A DNA stretch of 64,000 nt from Bacteroidota bacterium (GTDB lineage Bacteria; Bacteroidota; Bacteroidia; Chitinophagales; LD1), in contig JAFDYN010000009.1 in the NCBI GenBank assembly GCA_018267385.1, positions 225,959-289,958 of the forward strand, written 5' to 3'. This document shows positions 38,665-49,654 of this stretch, piece after piece. The notes below the pieces were generated by a model, which was not told the origin of the DNA, made no database searches, and saw only the letters and a list, made by a program, of their open reading frames with translations. The position numbers and the translations under genes were made by a program. The first letter of the stretch is position 1; each line of letters opens with the position of its first letter.

Positions 38665-40593
38665 ATGGGAAAAGTAATTGGAATTGACCTGGGTACCACA
38701 AACTCATGTGTGGCCGTAATGGAAGGAAATGACCCTATCGTCATAGCCAATGACGAAGGAAGGAGGACGACGCCATCTATCATTGGCTTCCTCAATAATG
38801 GTGAACGGAAAGTGGGTGATCCGGCCAAGCGCCAGGCTATCACCAATCCTACTAAAACAATACAGTCTATCAAGCGCTTCATGGGTATGAACTACTCCGC
38901 TGCCTCCAATGAGATCGGCCGCGTGCCGTACAAGGTAGTGAAGGGCGACAATGACACCGTACGTGTGGACATAGACGGTCGCCTGTATACAGCGCAGGAG
39001 CTCTCTGCCATCATCCTGCAGAAGATGAAGAAGACCGCAGAGGACTACCTCGGCCAGACCGTGACCGACGCGGTGATCACCGTACCGGCATACTTCAATG
39101 ACTCTCAGCGCCAGGCTACTAAGGAAGCCGGCGAGATAGCAGGCCTCAATGTACGCCGTATCCTGAATGAGCCTACAGCAGCAGCCCTCGCCTATGGCCT
39201 GGACAAGCAACACAAGGACATCAAGGTGGCAGTATATGACCTCGGTGGCGGTACTTTTGATATCTCCGTACTCGAGATGGGCGACGGTGTGTTTGAGGTC
39301 AAGTCTACCAATGGTGATACACACCTCGGTGGCGATGACTTTGACAATGAGATCATGCAGTGGCTAGCCAATGAGTTTCAGTCTGAGGAGCGTGTAGACC
39401 TGCGCAAGGACCCTATGGCCCTCCAGCGCCTCAAGGAAGCTGCCGAGAAGGCCAAGATCGAGCTCTCTTCATCACAGGAGACTGAGATCAACCTGCCATA
39501 TATCACTGCCATAGACGGCGTGCCAAAGCACCTAGTAAAGAAACTGACACGTGCAAAATTTGAACAACTCTGCGACAAACTGGTCGAACGTACCCTCGAG
39601 CCATGCCGTCAGGCGCTGAAAGACGCGGGACTGAATGCGAGCCAGATAGATGATGTAATCTTGGTCGGCGGCTCGACCCGTATACCTAAGATCCAGGAGG
39701 TCGTGGAGAAGTTCTTTGGTCGCAAACCTAATAAGGGTGTGAACCCCGACGAAGTAGTAGCCGTAGGTGCAGCCATACAGGGTGGTATCCTCAGCGGCGA
39801 GGTGAAGGATGACATCGTCCTCGTAGACGTGACTCCTCTCTCCCTCGGCCTCGAAACCCTCGGTGGTGTCATGACCCGTCTGATCGATAGCAATAGCACC
39901 ATCCCTACCAAGAAGTCCCAGATCTTTACTACCGCGCAGGACAACCAGCCATCGGTAGAGATCCACGTACTGCAAGGCGAGCGCTCTATGGCCAAGGACA
40001 ACAAGACCATCGGCCGCTTCCACCTCGGTGACATACCACCTGCCATGAGGGGCACTCCGCAGATCGAGGTGACCTTTGATATAGACAGTAATGGTATCAT
40101 CCATGTATCTGCCAAGGATAAAGGCACTGGTAAAGAGCAAACTATACGTATAGAAGCATCATCAGGTCTGAGCAAGGAGGAGATCGAAAAGATGAAAGCC
40201 GAAGCCAAAGCCAATGAAGACAATGATAAAAAGGCTCGTGAAGTGGCTGAAAAAGTGAACATGGCTGACAGTTTGGCATTCCAGACAGAAAAGCAGTTGA
40301 AAGAATTTGGCGATAAAATACCAGCCGATAAGAAAACTGCGATCGAAAATGCTTTAACAGAACTCAAAAATGCATTAGGTTTGCCTGAGAAAGATCTGGC
40401 AAAGATCGATGCGGCATCTGAGGCCCTGAACACAGCCTGGAACGCAGCCTCTGAAGACATCTACAAAGCTCAGCAAGCTCAAGCTGAAGCCGGCGCACAA
40501 GGACCAAATCCGGGTGAAGGCCAGCAAGCTCAGGGCGGCGAACAGAACAATGTGAGCGATGTAGAGTACGAAGAAGTAAAAGACAACAAGTAA
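38665..40593 (+). CDS. dnaK: Molecular chaperone DnaK (Hsp70)
   Basis: 642 aa with [23 protein letters not shown] and [14 protein letters not shown]. Confidence 0.99.
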   Translation: MGKVIGIDLGTTNSCVAVMEGNDPIVIANDEGRRTTPSIIGFLNNGERKVGDPAKRQAITNPTKTIQSIKRFMGMNYSAASNEIGRVPYKVVKGDNDTVRVDIDGRLYTAQELSAIILQKMKKTAEDYLGQTVTDAVITVPAYFNDSQRQATKEAGEIAGLNVRRILNEPTAAALAYGLDKQHKDIKVAVYDLGGGTFDISVLEMGDGVFEVKSTNGDTHLGGDDFDNEIMQWLANEFQSEERVDLRKDPMALQRLKEAAEKAKIELSSSQETEINLPYITAIDGVPKHLVKKLTRAKFEQLCDKLVERTLEPCRQALKDAGLNASQIDDVILVGGSTRIPKIQEVVEKFFGRKPNKGVNPDEVVAVGAAIQGGILSGEVKDDIVLVDVTPLSLGLETLGGVMTRLIDSNSTIPTKKSQIFTTAQDNQPSVEIHVLQGERSMAKDNKTIGRFHLGDIPPAMRGTPQIEVTFDIDSNGIIHVSAKDKGTGKEQTIRIEASSGLSKEEIEKMKAEAKANEDNDKKAREVAEKVNMADSLAFQTEKQLKEFGDKIPADKKTAIENALTELKNALGLPEKDLAKIDAASEALNTAWNAASEDIYKAQQAQAEAGAQGPNPGEGQQAQGGEQNNVSDVEYEEVKDNK

Positions 40594-40712
40594 GACGCCG
40601 GGCGTCAGGCTTGGAAAAGCGAAAGCTGGCCCTCGCACCCGCCCCTCGTCCCTCGCATAAAGACGCTGTTGACTTTGTTGCCATGTATTTCACGATACTG
40701 GCACATTTTCAG

Positions 40713-40745
40713 ATCCCTCCGCCTCGGCGGGGGGATTTCTTTTTC
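40713..40745 (+). terminator. Rho-independent terminator downstream of dnaK
   Basis: ATCCCTCCGCC-tc-GGCGGGGGGAT stem followed by TTCTTTTT. It abuts the stop codon of the convergent peptidase gene. Confidence 0.7.
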
Positions 40746-42837
40746 AGTTCTGAAACACAGGAGTTAAGCCCATATTCCAAAAGATAAAGGAGTAGATATC
40801 TGCCAGCCTATCCAGGTATTTAGCCGGTGTACTGCTGCCATGGCCGCTGTCATGCTCTACCCGCAGCAGGATCGGGTCAGGATTCTGTGCTCCCACCTCC
40901 TGCTGTAGCGTAGCAGCATACTTGTAGGAGTGAGCCGGCACCACGCGGTCATCATGGTCTGCTGTGGTGATCAGCATGGCCGGATATTTCTTATGGGGGT
41001 TTATATTATGCAGCGGAGAGTATCGGTAGATATTTTCAAATTCGTGCTCGTTGTCGGATGAACCGTACTCCGTCTTCCACACCAGGCCTACGGTAAAGTG
41101 CTGGTACCTCAGCATATCCATCACTCCTACTTCCGCTATAGCTACCTTAAAGAGCTCAGGGTGCTGGTTGCACACAGCTCCTATCAGCACCCCACCATTA
41201 CTGGCGCCCCTGATGGCCAGATGGTCCCGGTCGGTGTACTTTTTGCGTATCAGGTACTTGGCAGCCTCGGCAAAGTCATCAAAGCTATTTTGCTTATTGT
41301 CCTGTATGCCGGCAGCATACCATCTGCCCCCGTACTCCCCGCCGCCACGTATACTGGCCGAGGCGTAGACCCCTCCCGCATCCAGAAAGGGCAATAGTGC
41401 CGGCTGGAAATCAGGCAGTACACTCACCCCAAAGCCCCCATAGGCATAGAGCAGAGTGGGATGAGAGCCATCCTGTACGAGGCCCTTTTTGTGGATGATG
41501 AACATGGGGACTTCGTCACCGTCTGTAGTGGTATAAAAAACCTGCTCGGTCACATACTGCGTGAGGTCGTGATCGATCTTCATCTCCTGTACCAGTGTCG
41601 AGGTGCGGGTAGGGATATCATAGCGATAGATACGTGGTGGTGTGGTATAGCTGCTGAATGTGTAGAAAACCTCAGTCGCAGCTTCCGCACCGGTAAATCC
41701 ATAAACCGTACCCAGCTCGGGCAGTTCTATATCCTTCTCCTTCCGGCCTCGGGTATCATACACGGTCACGAGATTGTGTACGTCTTTCAGGTAGGTGATA
41801 AATATCTTGCCCCCCGCATATTTGATAGAGCTGATAGGATCCCGGGGGGTGATGATCTCTACCATATCCCTGGTCACTGTATCATAGCGCATGATGGCTC
41901 CATTCACATTGAGCAGAAAGTACTTGCCGGTGGTCGCGATATAGCTGTACCCTCCGCGGGCCATGCTGGCTTGTATAGGTTTCAGCTCGTGGTCCGATCG
42001 CGATTTGTAGTAGTAGGCATTGCCACCCCATCCCATAGCGTGGTTTGTGATAGACAAGAACAAATACCTTTCATCTTCACTCGTACGTACGGTGTAGTAC
42101 CGCAGTGATCTGGCTGTATCCTGGTAGATCAGCTTATCTGCTGATTGGTCCGTACCTATGTGATGGTAGTATATCTTCTCATTTACGTTTCTGGAGATCA
42201 TCTTATTATTGTCATCTACCTGCGGAAACCTGCTGTAATAAAAACCGCTCCCCTGCCATGCTATCGCTGTATGTTTGGTGCCGTGCAGTTCATCTTTGAG
42301 TGGCTGCAGCGTTTTGAGGTCCATCACATGTACGGTACCCCAGTCACTGCCTTTATCATAGAGTGTGTAGGTGCAGTATTCTCCGCTGTGAGAGAACTTT
42401 ATCTCACCCAGGTTTGTCGTTTCATCCCTGGTCAGCTCGTTGGGATCCAGTACTACTATGACTGGAGAAGTACTGTCCAGAGACGCCTGGCGGCATAGGA
42501 TATCATGCACCTTTCTTTCGTCATGCTGGAAGTAATAATACCAGCCATTCTTGAGTAGCGGTGCCGAGATACTCTTATAGCGCAGCGTTTTGTCCAGTTC
42601 TTTGCGCCACTGAGCGCGATATGGGATCTTAGCCAGATATGTTTCGGTGAGCTCATTCTCCTGCTGCAGCCAGGCGGCAGTCTCCGCACTATCCGGACAC
42701 TCCAGCCACCTGTATGGATCAGGTACTTTCTTGCCAAAGTAATCATCTACCTGATCGCACCGGCGTGCAGAAGGATAGGTGATCTGTGCCCAGCTGCAAA
42801 GGGGTAGCAGCAGTATCAGGAGTATGGATGGTTTCAT
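40744..42837 (-). CDS. Prolyl oligopeptidase (S9A family)
   Basis: 697 aa with a signal peptide. N-terminal beta-propeller and C-terminal alpha/beta hydrolase with a GASNGG nucleophile elbow and DDRV / GHG catalytic region. Confidence 0.92.
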   Translation of the reverse strand: MKPSILLILLLPLCSWAQITYPSARRCDQVDDYFGKKVPDPYRWLECPDSAETAAWLQQENELTETYLAKIPYRAQWRKELDKTLRYKSISAPLLKNGWYYYFQHDERKVHDILCRQASLDSTSPVIVVLDPNELTRDETTNLGEIKFSHSGEYCTYTLYDKGSDWGTVHVMDLKTLQPLKDELHGTKHTAIAWQGSGFYYSRFPQVDDNNKMISRNVNEKIYYHHIGTDQSADKLIYQDTARSLRYYTVRTSEDERYLFLSITNHAMGWGGNAYYYKSRSDHELKPIQASMARGGYSYIATTGKYFLLNVNGAIMRYDTVTRDMVEIITPRDPISSIKYAGGKIFITYLKDVHNLVTVYDTRGRKEKDIELPELGTVYGFTGAEAATEVFYTFSSYTTPPRIYRYDIPTRTSTLVQEMKIDHDLTQYVTEQVFYTTTDGDEVPMFIIHKKGLVQDGSHPTLLYAYGGFGVSVLPDFQPALLPFLDAGGVYASASIRGGGEYGGRWYAAGIQDNKQNSFDDFAEAAKYLIRKKYTDRDHLAIRGASNGGVLIGAVCNQHPELFKVAIAEVGVMDMLRYQHFTVGLVWKTEYGSSDNEHEFENIYRYSPLHNINPHKKYPAMLITTADHDDRVVPAHSYKYAATLQQEVGAQNPDPILLRVEHDSGHGSSTPAKYLDRLADIYSFIFWNMGLTPVFQN

Positions 42838-42980
42838 AGCGGGAAGGTGCTACTAATCTATCTCTTTTCTCACAAACACCGGCATGAGGTATTTCTTTCC
42901 CCAAAATCCACAGAAACCTGCGGGCACATTACTTGCCTATCTACCAGTGTAGTGATTTACTGACCTCAAAGCAGACTACC

Positions 42981-43529
42981 ATGAAAAAGATATTCTTACT
43001 CTCAGCCATCCTCCTCACACTGACCGGCATATCTTTCTCTCAGACCATGTCCCGCTCACAGTTGCGCGAGGGTTTCCTCCGGGCTGTCAAGAGCCGGACG
43101 GCACTGGATTCCTTCACACTGGCACTGGACCTGCGTAGCGGGCGTACTGCATCTGAAGAGTGCTACCTCGGTATGTGCGATGCCCTCCAGATCAGCTATA
43201 TCAGCGGCATGTGGAGCAAACTCAAAATGCTGGACCGCTCCCGCATGCACATCGGCAAAGCTATAGCCGTAGCTCCTCAGGATGCCGAGTTGCGCTTCCT
43301 GCGCTTTATGCTGGAGCACAACATTCCATCTTTTCTGGGTATGAGTGGCCATATACGTGAGGATGTAGCCTTTGTAATGGAGCACAATACCTTTCTGGAC
43401 GAAGATGCCGAGATGAAAAAGATGGCAATAGAGTATCTCATCTCTTCGAAGCGGTGCAGCGCCTCACAGACTGCTCTGCTACAGAAGTCTCTGGACGACC
43501 TGAAGCGGAAACAGTACGCCCAGCGCTAG
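42981..43529 (+). CDS. Hypothetical secreted protein
   Basis: Starts at ATG 42981 (MKKIFLLSAILLTLTGISFSQ signal peptide). Helical, with no recognised family. Confidence 0.6.
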   Translation: MKKIFLLSAILLTLTGISFSQTMSRSQLREGFLRAVKSRTALDSFTLALDLRSGRTASEECYLGMCDALQISYISGMWSKLKMLDRSRMHIGKAIAVAPQDAELRFLRFMLEHNIPSFLGMSGHIREDVAFVMEHNTFLDEDAEMKKMAIEYLISSKRCSASQTALLQKSLDDLKRKQYAQR

Positions 43530-43563
43530 GACAGGTGGATAGATAAATTTGGTTTAGCCATAT

Positions 43564-44142
43564 ATGAGCGTACATTTGAGTAAACCAAAACTCAAAAGTA
43601 TGCTCAACTTTACACTCCCGGCTCCCGCCACACTGGCTATTGCTGCACTGGTTCCTACCATCGTTGGCTTTGTATGGTATAACCCTAAAGTATTCGGTAC
43701 CGCCTGGATGAATGGGGCCGGCCTCACACCGGAAAGCGCCAAAGGCATCAATATGCCGCTGGTCTTCGGCTTGTCATTGCTTCTCAGCTTTGTACTTGCA
43801 GCCTCGCTTACCAGTACTGTGATACATCAGTTTGCGCTATTCGGCATGCTGATGGACCACACTCACCCCAATCCGGCTATGGCAGATAAGAGCTCTGAAC
43901 TCTACGGCCATGTCAAGTATATCATGGACCATTACGGCACTAACTTCCGTACCTTTAAGCATGGTGCATTGCACGGCACACTGCTTGGCGTCATGACCAT
44001 CCTGCCTATCATTGCTACGGGTGCCATGTTTGAGCGCAAGAGCTGGAAGTATATCCTGATCAATGCCGGCTACTGGATCGTCTGCCTGGCCATCATGGGT
44101 GCTATCATTTGCCACTTCTTCCCATATCACGAGGCGCTCTAA
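43564..44142 (+). CDS. DUF1761-family membrane protein
   Basis: 192 aa. GFVWYNPKVFGTAWMNGAG is the DUF1761 signature. The start may instead be the internal ATG at 43600. Confidence 0.7.
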   Translation: MSVHLSKPKLKSMLNFTLPAPATLAIAALVPTIVGFVWYNPKVFGTAWMNGAGLTPESAKGINMPLVFGLSLLLSFVLAASLTSTVIHQFALFGMLMDHTHPNPAMADKSSELYGHVKYIMDHYGTNFRTFKHGALHGTLLGVMTILPIIATGAMFERKSWKYILINAGYWIVCLAIMGAIICHFFPYHEAL

Positions 44143-44247
44143 GCAGCATTCACTTTATATCAGAGCCCGCGTCACTGCGGGCTTTTTATTTTATGGTGGA
44201 TAATCCCTCCTCTGGTCCTCATCAAATATTGGTTACTTCGCAGGGCA

Positions 44248-45015
44248 ATGTCAAAACCACTCATACTCGTAGTCAATGATGATGGCATCACCGCGCCGGG
44301 CATCCGCGCGCTGGTAGAGGCCGTGCGCCCGCTGGGCGATGTAGTAGTCGTAGCGCCCGACTCACCCCAGTCTGGCATGGGCCACGCCATCACGATCAAT
44401 AAGCCACTCCGGCTGCACCAGGTAGACCTCTTTGATGGGATCACCTCCTATCACTGCTCCGGCACTCCGGCTGACTGTGTCAAGATAGCTGTGGACAAGG
44501 TCATGCACCGCCACCCGGACCTCTGTGTATCGGGCATCAATCATGGTTCCAACTCCTCCATCAATGTACTCTACTCCGGCACCATGTCTGCCGCTGTAGA
44601 GGCCTGCCTGGAGGGCATACCCTCTGTAGGTTTTTCTCTTTGCGACTACAGGCAGGAGGCAGACTTCTCTGCGGCAGCACACTATGCCCGCATCGTGAGC
44701 CAGCAGATACTGGCCAACGGACTACCCAAAGCCACTCTCCTGAACGTGAACATACCCCAGCTACCGCTGGACCGTATACAGGGCGTGAAGGTCTGCAGGC
44801 AGGCTGTGGCAAAGTGGGAAGAGGAGTTTATAGAGAGGCAAGACCCCTACGGCAGAAACTATTACTGGCTATCCGGCAACTTTGTAAATCACGATCATGG
44901 TACCGATACAGATGAGTGGGCACTGGCCAATGGCTATGTGAGTATCGTACCCGTACAATATGATCTGACAGCCCACCACGGCATAGCCCACCTCAACGCT
45001 AACTGGAAACTCTGA
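44248..45015 (+). CDS. surE: 5'/3'-nucleotidase SurE
   Basis: 255 aa with ILVVNDDGITAPGIRAL and GINHGSN motifs. Confidence 0.95.
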   Translation: MSKPLILVVNDDGITAPGIRALVEAVRPLGDVVVVAPDSPQSGMGHAITINKPLRLHQVDLFDGITSYHCSGTPADCVKIAVDKVMHRHPDLCVSGINHGSNSSINVLYSGTMSAAVEACLEGIPSVGFSLCDYRQEADFSAAAHYARIVSQQILANGLPKATLLNVNIPQLPLDRIQGVKVCRQAVAKWEEEFIERQDPYGRNYYWLSGNFVNHDHGTDTDEWALANGYVSIVPVQYDLTAHHGIAHLNANWKL

Positions 45016-45023
45016 TATCCACT

Positions 45024-45386
45024 ATGAGAAACAATCCGCTATCCCCCCACCCTACCATTTATAAATGGGACCGTGCCTGGCTAGGCATCGTGCTGGGTCT
45101 CATCGTACCTTTTGCAGGCATATTCATCGTCTATATGATCTCTGTCGGCGCTCATTTCTTTGGAGAGGGACAGCCGGGCATCATCGCCTTTCAGACTATC
45201 CTACATTCTATGAGAGATACATCTATGCTGATCCGCTACATGAGCGTGGGCTGCGTGTTGAACCTCGGTATCTTCTATCTCTTTATAAATAAGGATTACT
45301 TCAATGCCGGCCGGGGAGTGATACTGGCCACTATGATCATAGCAGTACCCGTCATGCTCGGTATTGTGCGGTCATGGTTCCTGTGA
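45024..45386 (+). CDS. Hypothetical membrane protein
   Basis: 120 aa with 3-4 TM segments, wedged between surE and lpxB. Confidence 0.6.
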   Translation: MRNNPLSPHPTIYKWDRAWLGIVLGLIVPFAGIFIVYMISVGAHFFGEGQPGIIAFQTILHSMRDTSMLIRYMSVGCVLNLGIFYLFINKDYFNAGRGVILATMIIAVPVMLGIVRSWFL

Positions 45387-45413
45387 GAGGTCAAATAACG
45401 CTATCTTCCCACC

Positions 45414-46529
45414 GTGAAATACTACATCATAGCCGGCGAGGCATCGGGAGATCTGCATGGATCTAACCTGATCAGAGCGCTCCGTGCGGAAGACCCGGAG
45501 GCAGACATCCGCTGCTGGGGTGGTGACCGTATGGCGGCTGCGGGCGGCCATGTAGTAAAGCACATCCGTGATCTCGCCTTTATGGGATTCGTAGAAGTCG
45601 TGAAACATCTCCCTACTATACTGGGCAATATCAGCTTCTGCAAAAAAGACATATTGGCCTACGGGCCCGATGTCGTGATCCTGATAGACTACCCGGGCTT
45701 CAATTTCCGGCTGTTCCCATTCATCAAGGAGCATGGCTTCACGCTCTTCTACTATATCTCTCCGCAGCTCTGGGCATGGAAAGAAAACCGCGTGAAAAAG
45801 GTCAGGCAATACGTGGACCGCATGTTTGTGATCTTTCCTTTTGAGAAGGAGTTTTATGCAAAGCATGGCATAGAGGTAGACTTTGTGGGTCATCCTTTGC
45901 TGGATGAATTGAAAGGGACGGAGGTCGAGGGACGAGATAAGACAGCGAATAGTAACATAATTGCTCTGCTCCCTGGTAGTCGCAAACAGGAGATCAGTAA
46001 GCTACTACCGGAATACCTCAAAGTCATACCACACTTTCCGCAACATAGGTTTGTAATAGCCGGTATCAGTGGCCTGGGCACAGAGTTTTATCAAAACCTA
46101 GTCGGCAGCTCACCCTGTGAGATAAGATGGGATGACACCTATGGTCTGCTGCGTAAGTCTCACGCGGCTATCGTGACATCTGGTACGGCTACCCTGGAGA
46201 CCGCACTTCATAATGTACCAGAGGTGATCTGCTACAAATCCGGAGCTATATCGTACTATATAGCGCGGCAGCTAGTGAAAGGTATCAAGTACATCTGCAT
46301 CGTAAACCTGATAGCAGACAAACCGGTGGTCACGGAGCTGATACAGCATGATGTGAATGAAAGCAGACTGGTGCAAGAAGTAAGCGCTCTGCTGGAGCCT
46401 GCGTATAGGCAAAAAATGCTGAATGAATATGATGAGGTAAAAAGTCTATTGGGATCTGTGGGAGCATCTGCGCGCGCAGCGCAGCTGATGGTATCTTATC
46501 TCAAAGCTCCTAGTCTGCCAGGTCATTAA
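45414..46529 (+). CDS. lpxB: Lipid-A-disaccharide synthase
   Basis: 371 aa with a GTG start. N-terminal YYIIAGEASGDLHGSNLIRAL and GT19-family architecture. Confidence 0.93.
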   Translation: MKYYIIAGEASGDLHGSNLIRALRAEDPEADIRCWGGDRMAAAGGHVVKHIRDLAFMGFVEVVKHLPTILGNISFCKKDILAYGPDVVILIDYPGFNFRLFPFIKEHGFTLFYYISPQLWAWKENRVKKVRQYVDRMFVIFPFEKEFYAKHGIEVDFVGHPLLDELKGTEVEGRDKTANSNIIALLPGSRKQEISKLLPEYLKVIPHFPQHRFVIAGISGLGTEFYQNLVGSSPCEIRWDDTYGLLRKSHAAIVTSGTATLETALHNVPEVICYKSGAISYYIARQLVKGIKYICIVNLIADKPVVTELIQHDVNESRLVQEVSALLEPAYRQKMLNEYDEVKSLLGSVGASARAAQLMVSYLKAPSLPGH

Positions 46530-46734
46530 AGAAATCACAGACCGGTACTTTAAGTACCTGGCTGATAGTGTAAAGCGTGCCCAATGTAATATTGGTCTTG
46601 CCGGATTCTATGCGCGAGAGGTTGGACTTTTTGATGTCACTCAGCAGCGACATCTTGCCCAGGGATAGTTTCTTTTCTTTCCTGATCTCGCGGATCCTTT
46701 CACCCACCTGCTTTATGAATAGCTCTTTACTCAC
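46510..46734 (-). CDS. XRE-family helix-turn-helix transcriptional regulator
   Basis: HTH_3 core (VGERIREIRKEKKLSLGKMSLLSDIKKSNLSRIESGKTNITLGTLYTISQVL). I favour the GTG at 46734 (74 aa), because the track's TTG start at 46878 adds 48 non-HTH residues and would bury operator-like repeat 1. The 3' end overlaps lpxB by 20 nt (convergent). Confidence 0.75.
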   Translation of the reverse strand: MSKELFIKQVGERIREIRKEKKLSLGKMSLLSDIKKSNLSRIESGKTNITLGTLYTISQVLKVPVCDFFNDLAD

Positions 46735-46798
46735 TCGCTGATTTATGTGTCTAAACTGCAAGTAAAATGCATTCTGTTTTATAACAACAATCAGTTTG

Positions 46799-46819
46799 TG
46801 ATATGACCTTTGCTTATAC
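46799..46819. promoter_or_regulatory. Operator-like repeat 1 (TGATATGACCTTTGCTTATAC)
   Basis: Shares TGATATGACYTTTG...ATAC with the site at 46927..46946. Lies between the XRE gene (GTG start) and the divergent histidine kinase. Confidence 0.3.
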
Positions 46820-46926
46820 ACATTGCTCCAATTTTTAAATAAAATGCCCGATAAAGCTTCAAAAACCGCTCTCTGCAAGGGTTTCAGACCACTTCTAATT
46901 CATTGATTTATAAAAAACAGCACCTC

Positions 46927-46946
46927 TGATATGACTTTTGTCATAC
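46927..46946. promoter_or_regulatory. Operator-like repeat 2, partly palindromic (TGATATGACTTTTGTCATAC)
   Basis: Internal inverted repeat TATGAC-TTTT-GTCATA. Second copy of the motif at 46799. Confidence 0.3.
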
Positions 46947-47036
46947 CTCTGTGTGAGCAAATACAGTTTGCAGGAAAACTAACGTCAGGGTCCTTGATAG
47001 CTTAAAAGCAAACCTTGCAGCCGCAAATCACAGCTA

Positions 47037-48668
47037 ATGAGAGACAAATCATCGCCGTTCAAATCAATAAGCCTGAAAGACAAACTGAAGATCAGTAAGG
47101 CGCAGCTCAATCATGCCCGTCAGAACCATAAGACATTTATAGATAGCCTGGATGAAGTGATATGGTCTGCCGATGTGCAGAGCGCCCGACTGCTCTACAT
47201 ATCCGCAGCTTGTCTGGATATCTTTGGAGATACTCCCGCCAATCTGATCAAGAACATCAACTTCTGGCAAAAATATGTGGTACCATCCGATCACAAGATA
47301 TTAGACCTGAAACCGGAAGACTTTACCGCAGGTGAAACAATAAAAAAGCACTACCGCATATCAGTCAATGACGAGATCAAATGGCTGGAGACCAAATTCA
47401 CACCAGTATATAGTACGAGAGGCCACCTGGTGCAGATCAATGGTGTGACACGTGACATCACCAAAGAAAAGAGAGCACATAAGGCGCTGATGGAGAGTGA
47501 GACATTGTTTCGTCAATTCTTTGATAATGCCCATGAGGCGATACTAGTGATGGATGTGGATTCCGGCTTTATCTGCGACTATAATGCCACAGCGCTGCAC
47601 CTGCTGAAATATTCAGGAACTGACTTTCTCACACAGACACCGGCTACGCTGAGTCCCACCCTGCAGCCAGACGGATCCCTCTCAACACAGAAGGCTGCAG
47701 AACTGATCAGGCTGACCATGGACGGACAAAAGCCCGTCTTCGAATGGCTCTTTTGTGATGCGGAAAAGAATACAATATTATGCGAGGTGAGATTGACCTG
47801 CATCATGGCCCAAGGCAAAAAACTGATCCGAGGCAGTATCATAGATATCACTGAGCGGAAAAACGCAGAAGCGGAGATCAAAGTACTCAATGAATCACTG
47901 GAGCAAAAGGTCAAAGAGAGAACAGCCTCTCTGGCAGAAGCCAATGCCCAACTGGAATCATTTGGCTATACTGTCTCTCATGACCTCCAGGCACCACTGC
48001 GCATAGTGAGCAGCATATCAATGATCCTGAAGGGACAATATGCTGACAAGTTGGATGAAGAAGGAAAGGAAATGCTCAACATGCTCACCAATAGTACCAG
48101 CCGTATGAACAGACTGATCAAGGAGCTTCTTGATTTTGCCCGTCTGGGAAATGAAGAATGCAAGCATGAAAAAATAAATATGGCTACACTGGTACAAGAG
48201 ACGATAGATGAGGTTTCTTTTAGCATGCCGCAATACCGGCCCGCCTATGTAGTGGAGCAGATGGCAGATACATACGGAGACAGCCAGCTGATCAGACAGG
48301 TACTTTTTAACCTGATAGGAAATGCCGCTAAGTACTCATCAAAGAAAGACAATGCGGAGATACGTATCGGATCGGCGATCAAAGACGGAGTAGTCACCTA
48401 TCACGTCAAAGATAACGGCGCAGGCTTTGACATGAAGAATGCCGGAAAGCTATTCAGTGTATTCAAGCGTATGCACTCGGACTTTGAGTTTGAGGGCACC
48501 GGTATCGGCCTCGCCACAGTCAAAAGTATCATCATGCGCCATCACGGCCAGGTCTGGGCAGAGGCTGTCAAGGGAGAGGGTGCGACATTTTACTTTACGC
48601 TACCTGCGGCGGCTCCTCCACGTATAGCCGGACCTGCTGGACTGGCAGAGCCATCTATGATCCTGTAG
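47037..48668 (+). CDS. PAS-domain sensor histidine kinase
   Basis: 543 aa with two PAS-like modules. HisKA H-box VSHDLQAPLR, and HATPase_c N/G boxes (NLIGNAAKY, DNGAGF, GTGIGLA). Confidence 0.92.
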   Translation: MRDKSSPFKSISLKDKLKISKAQLNHARQNHKTFIDSLDEVIWSADVQSARLLYISAACLDIFGDTPANLIKNINFWQKYVVPSDHKILDLKPEDFTAGETIKKHYRISVNDEIKWLETKFTPVYSTRGHLVQINGVTRDITKEKRAHKALMESETLFRQFFDNAHEAILVMDVDSGFICDYNATALHLLKYSGTDFLTQTPATLSPTLQPDGSLSTQKAAELIRLTMDGQKPVFEWLFCDAEKNTILCEVRLTCIMAQGKKLIRGSIIDITERKNAEAEIKVLNESLEQKVKERTASLAEANAQLESFGYTVSHDLQAPLRIVSSISMILKGQYADKLDEEGKEMLNMLTNSTSRMNRLIKELLDFARLGNEECKHEKINMATLVQETIDEVSFSMPQYRPAYVVEQMADTYGDSQLIRQVLFNLIGNAAKYSSKKDNAEIRIGSAIKDGVVTYHVKDNGAGFDMKNAGKLFSVFKRMHSDFEFEGTGIGLATVKSIIMRHHGQVWAEAVKGEGATFYFTLPAAAPPRIAGPAGLAEPSMIL

Positions 48669-48677
48669 CAATAAAAA

Positions 48678-48697
48678 AGGCTCCCGTAAAGGAGCCT
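48678..48697 (-). terminator. Rho-independent terminator downstream of tRNA-Ala (minus strand)
   Basis: AGGCTCC-cgtaaa-GGAGCCT. On the minus strand the stem is followed by TTTTTTAT. Confidence 0.65.
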
Positions 48698-48702
48698 CTG
48701 AG

Positions 48703-48776
<74 letters not shown>

Positions 48777-48836
48777 AAGGTGGTGCAAATCTAATCGTTC
48801 TTATGATTTCTGCAAATCTGCGCCGCGCTGAAAATG

Positions 48837-49562
48837 CTATTTGCCATCGCAGTACTCCTTGATATACTGTCCTGCCTCCTTGTTTCCACGTAGCTTGGCC
48901 TGATGAAAGTCTGCACAGGCAGCCTCTGACTCCTCCAGTCCTGCCTCTGCCATAGCCCGGATCAGGTAGGCGCGATCATTTTTGGTATCAGTGCTGAGCA
49001 CATGGTCCAGGTCTGCCTTGGCATCAGCAAAGCGATGCATTTTAGCCAGAATAGTACCCCGGTTGAGATAGGCGCGCGGATAAGATGTATCCAGCATGAT
49101 GGCCACATCGAGGTCCATCAGCGCTTCGCGGTACTTCTTGACATCGCCATAGGTAGTGCCCCGGCTGAAGTATCCCCTGCTAAACATAGGGTCCAGGCCT
49201 ATCGCTATAGTGTAGTCAGCTATAGCTGAGTCAAATCTTTGCATCTTGACCAGGGTATTCCCCCTGTTATAATAAGCCTCTTTGTAAGCCGTGTCATACT
49301 TTATCGCAGCGCTGTAATCTTTGATCGCATCCTCATATTCGTGTAGTGCAGATTTAGCATTGGCCCTGTTGTAATAGGCCTTGGCCCACTGCGGCTCCAG
49401 GGTTATTACTTTGTCCAGGTCGGCTATCGATCCTTTATAGTCATGGGTCTGGGCTTTTGCATTGCCACTTTCAAAAAGCTCTTTGGCGGTCTGCCCCGTA
49501 CAAGACGCTATGACACTATAGCAAAGCACAAAAAGTATAGTATACCGCGATCTATCGTTCAT
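48837..49562 (-). CDS. TPR-repeat lipoprotein
   Basis: 241 aa. Lipobox VIASC, then about 5 canonical TPR units (AYYNRGN..., AIxxDP...). Confidence 0.8.
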   Translation of the reverse strand: MNDRSRYTILFVLCYSVIASCTGQTAKELFESGNAKAQTHDYKGSIADLDKVITLEPQWAKAYYNRANAKSALHEYEDAIKDYSAAIKYDTAYKEAYYNRGNTLVKMQRFDSAIADYTIAIGLDPMFSRGYFSRGTTYGDVKKYREALMDLDVAIMLDTSYPRAYLNRGTILAKMHRFADAKADLDHVLSTDTKNDRAYLIRAMAEAGLEESEAACADFHQAKLRGNKEAGQYIKEYCDGK

Positions 49563-49654
49563 GATAATAATAGTGGAAGATGCTTATAAATAGAGTATTC
49601 CTCAAAATCCATGCGGCTATATTTCGTCGTTATATATCGATGTAAAGATAGGGC

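Noticed and set aside
38637-40693. Long antisense and alternative-frame ORFs across dnaK (e.g. 38704..39324, 39532..40140, 39609..40460)
   Set aside because: dnaK on the plus strand is unambiguous. The antisense ORFs are compositional shadows. The same applies to shadow ORFs inside the nuo genes, dnaB, the M43 protease and the GT-C genes.
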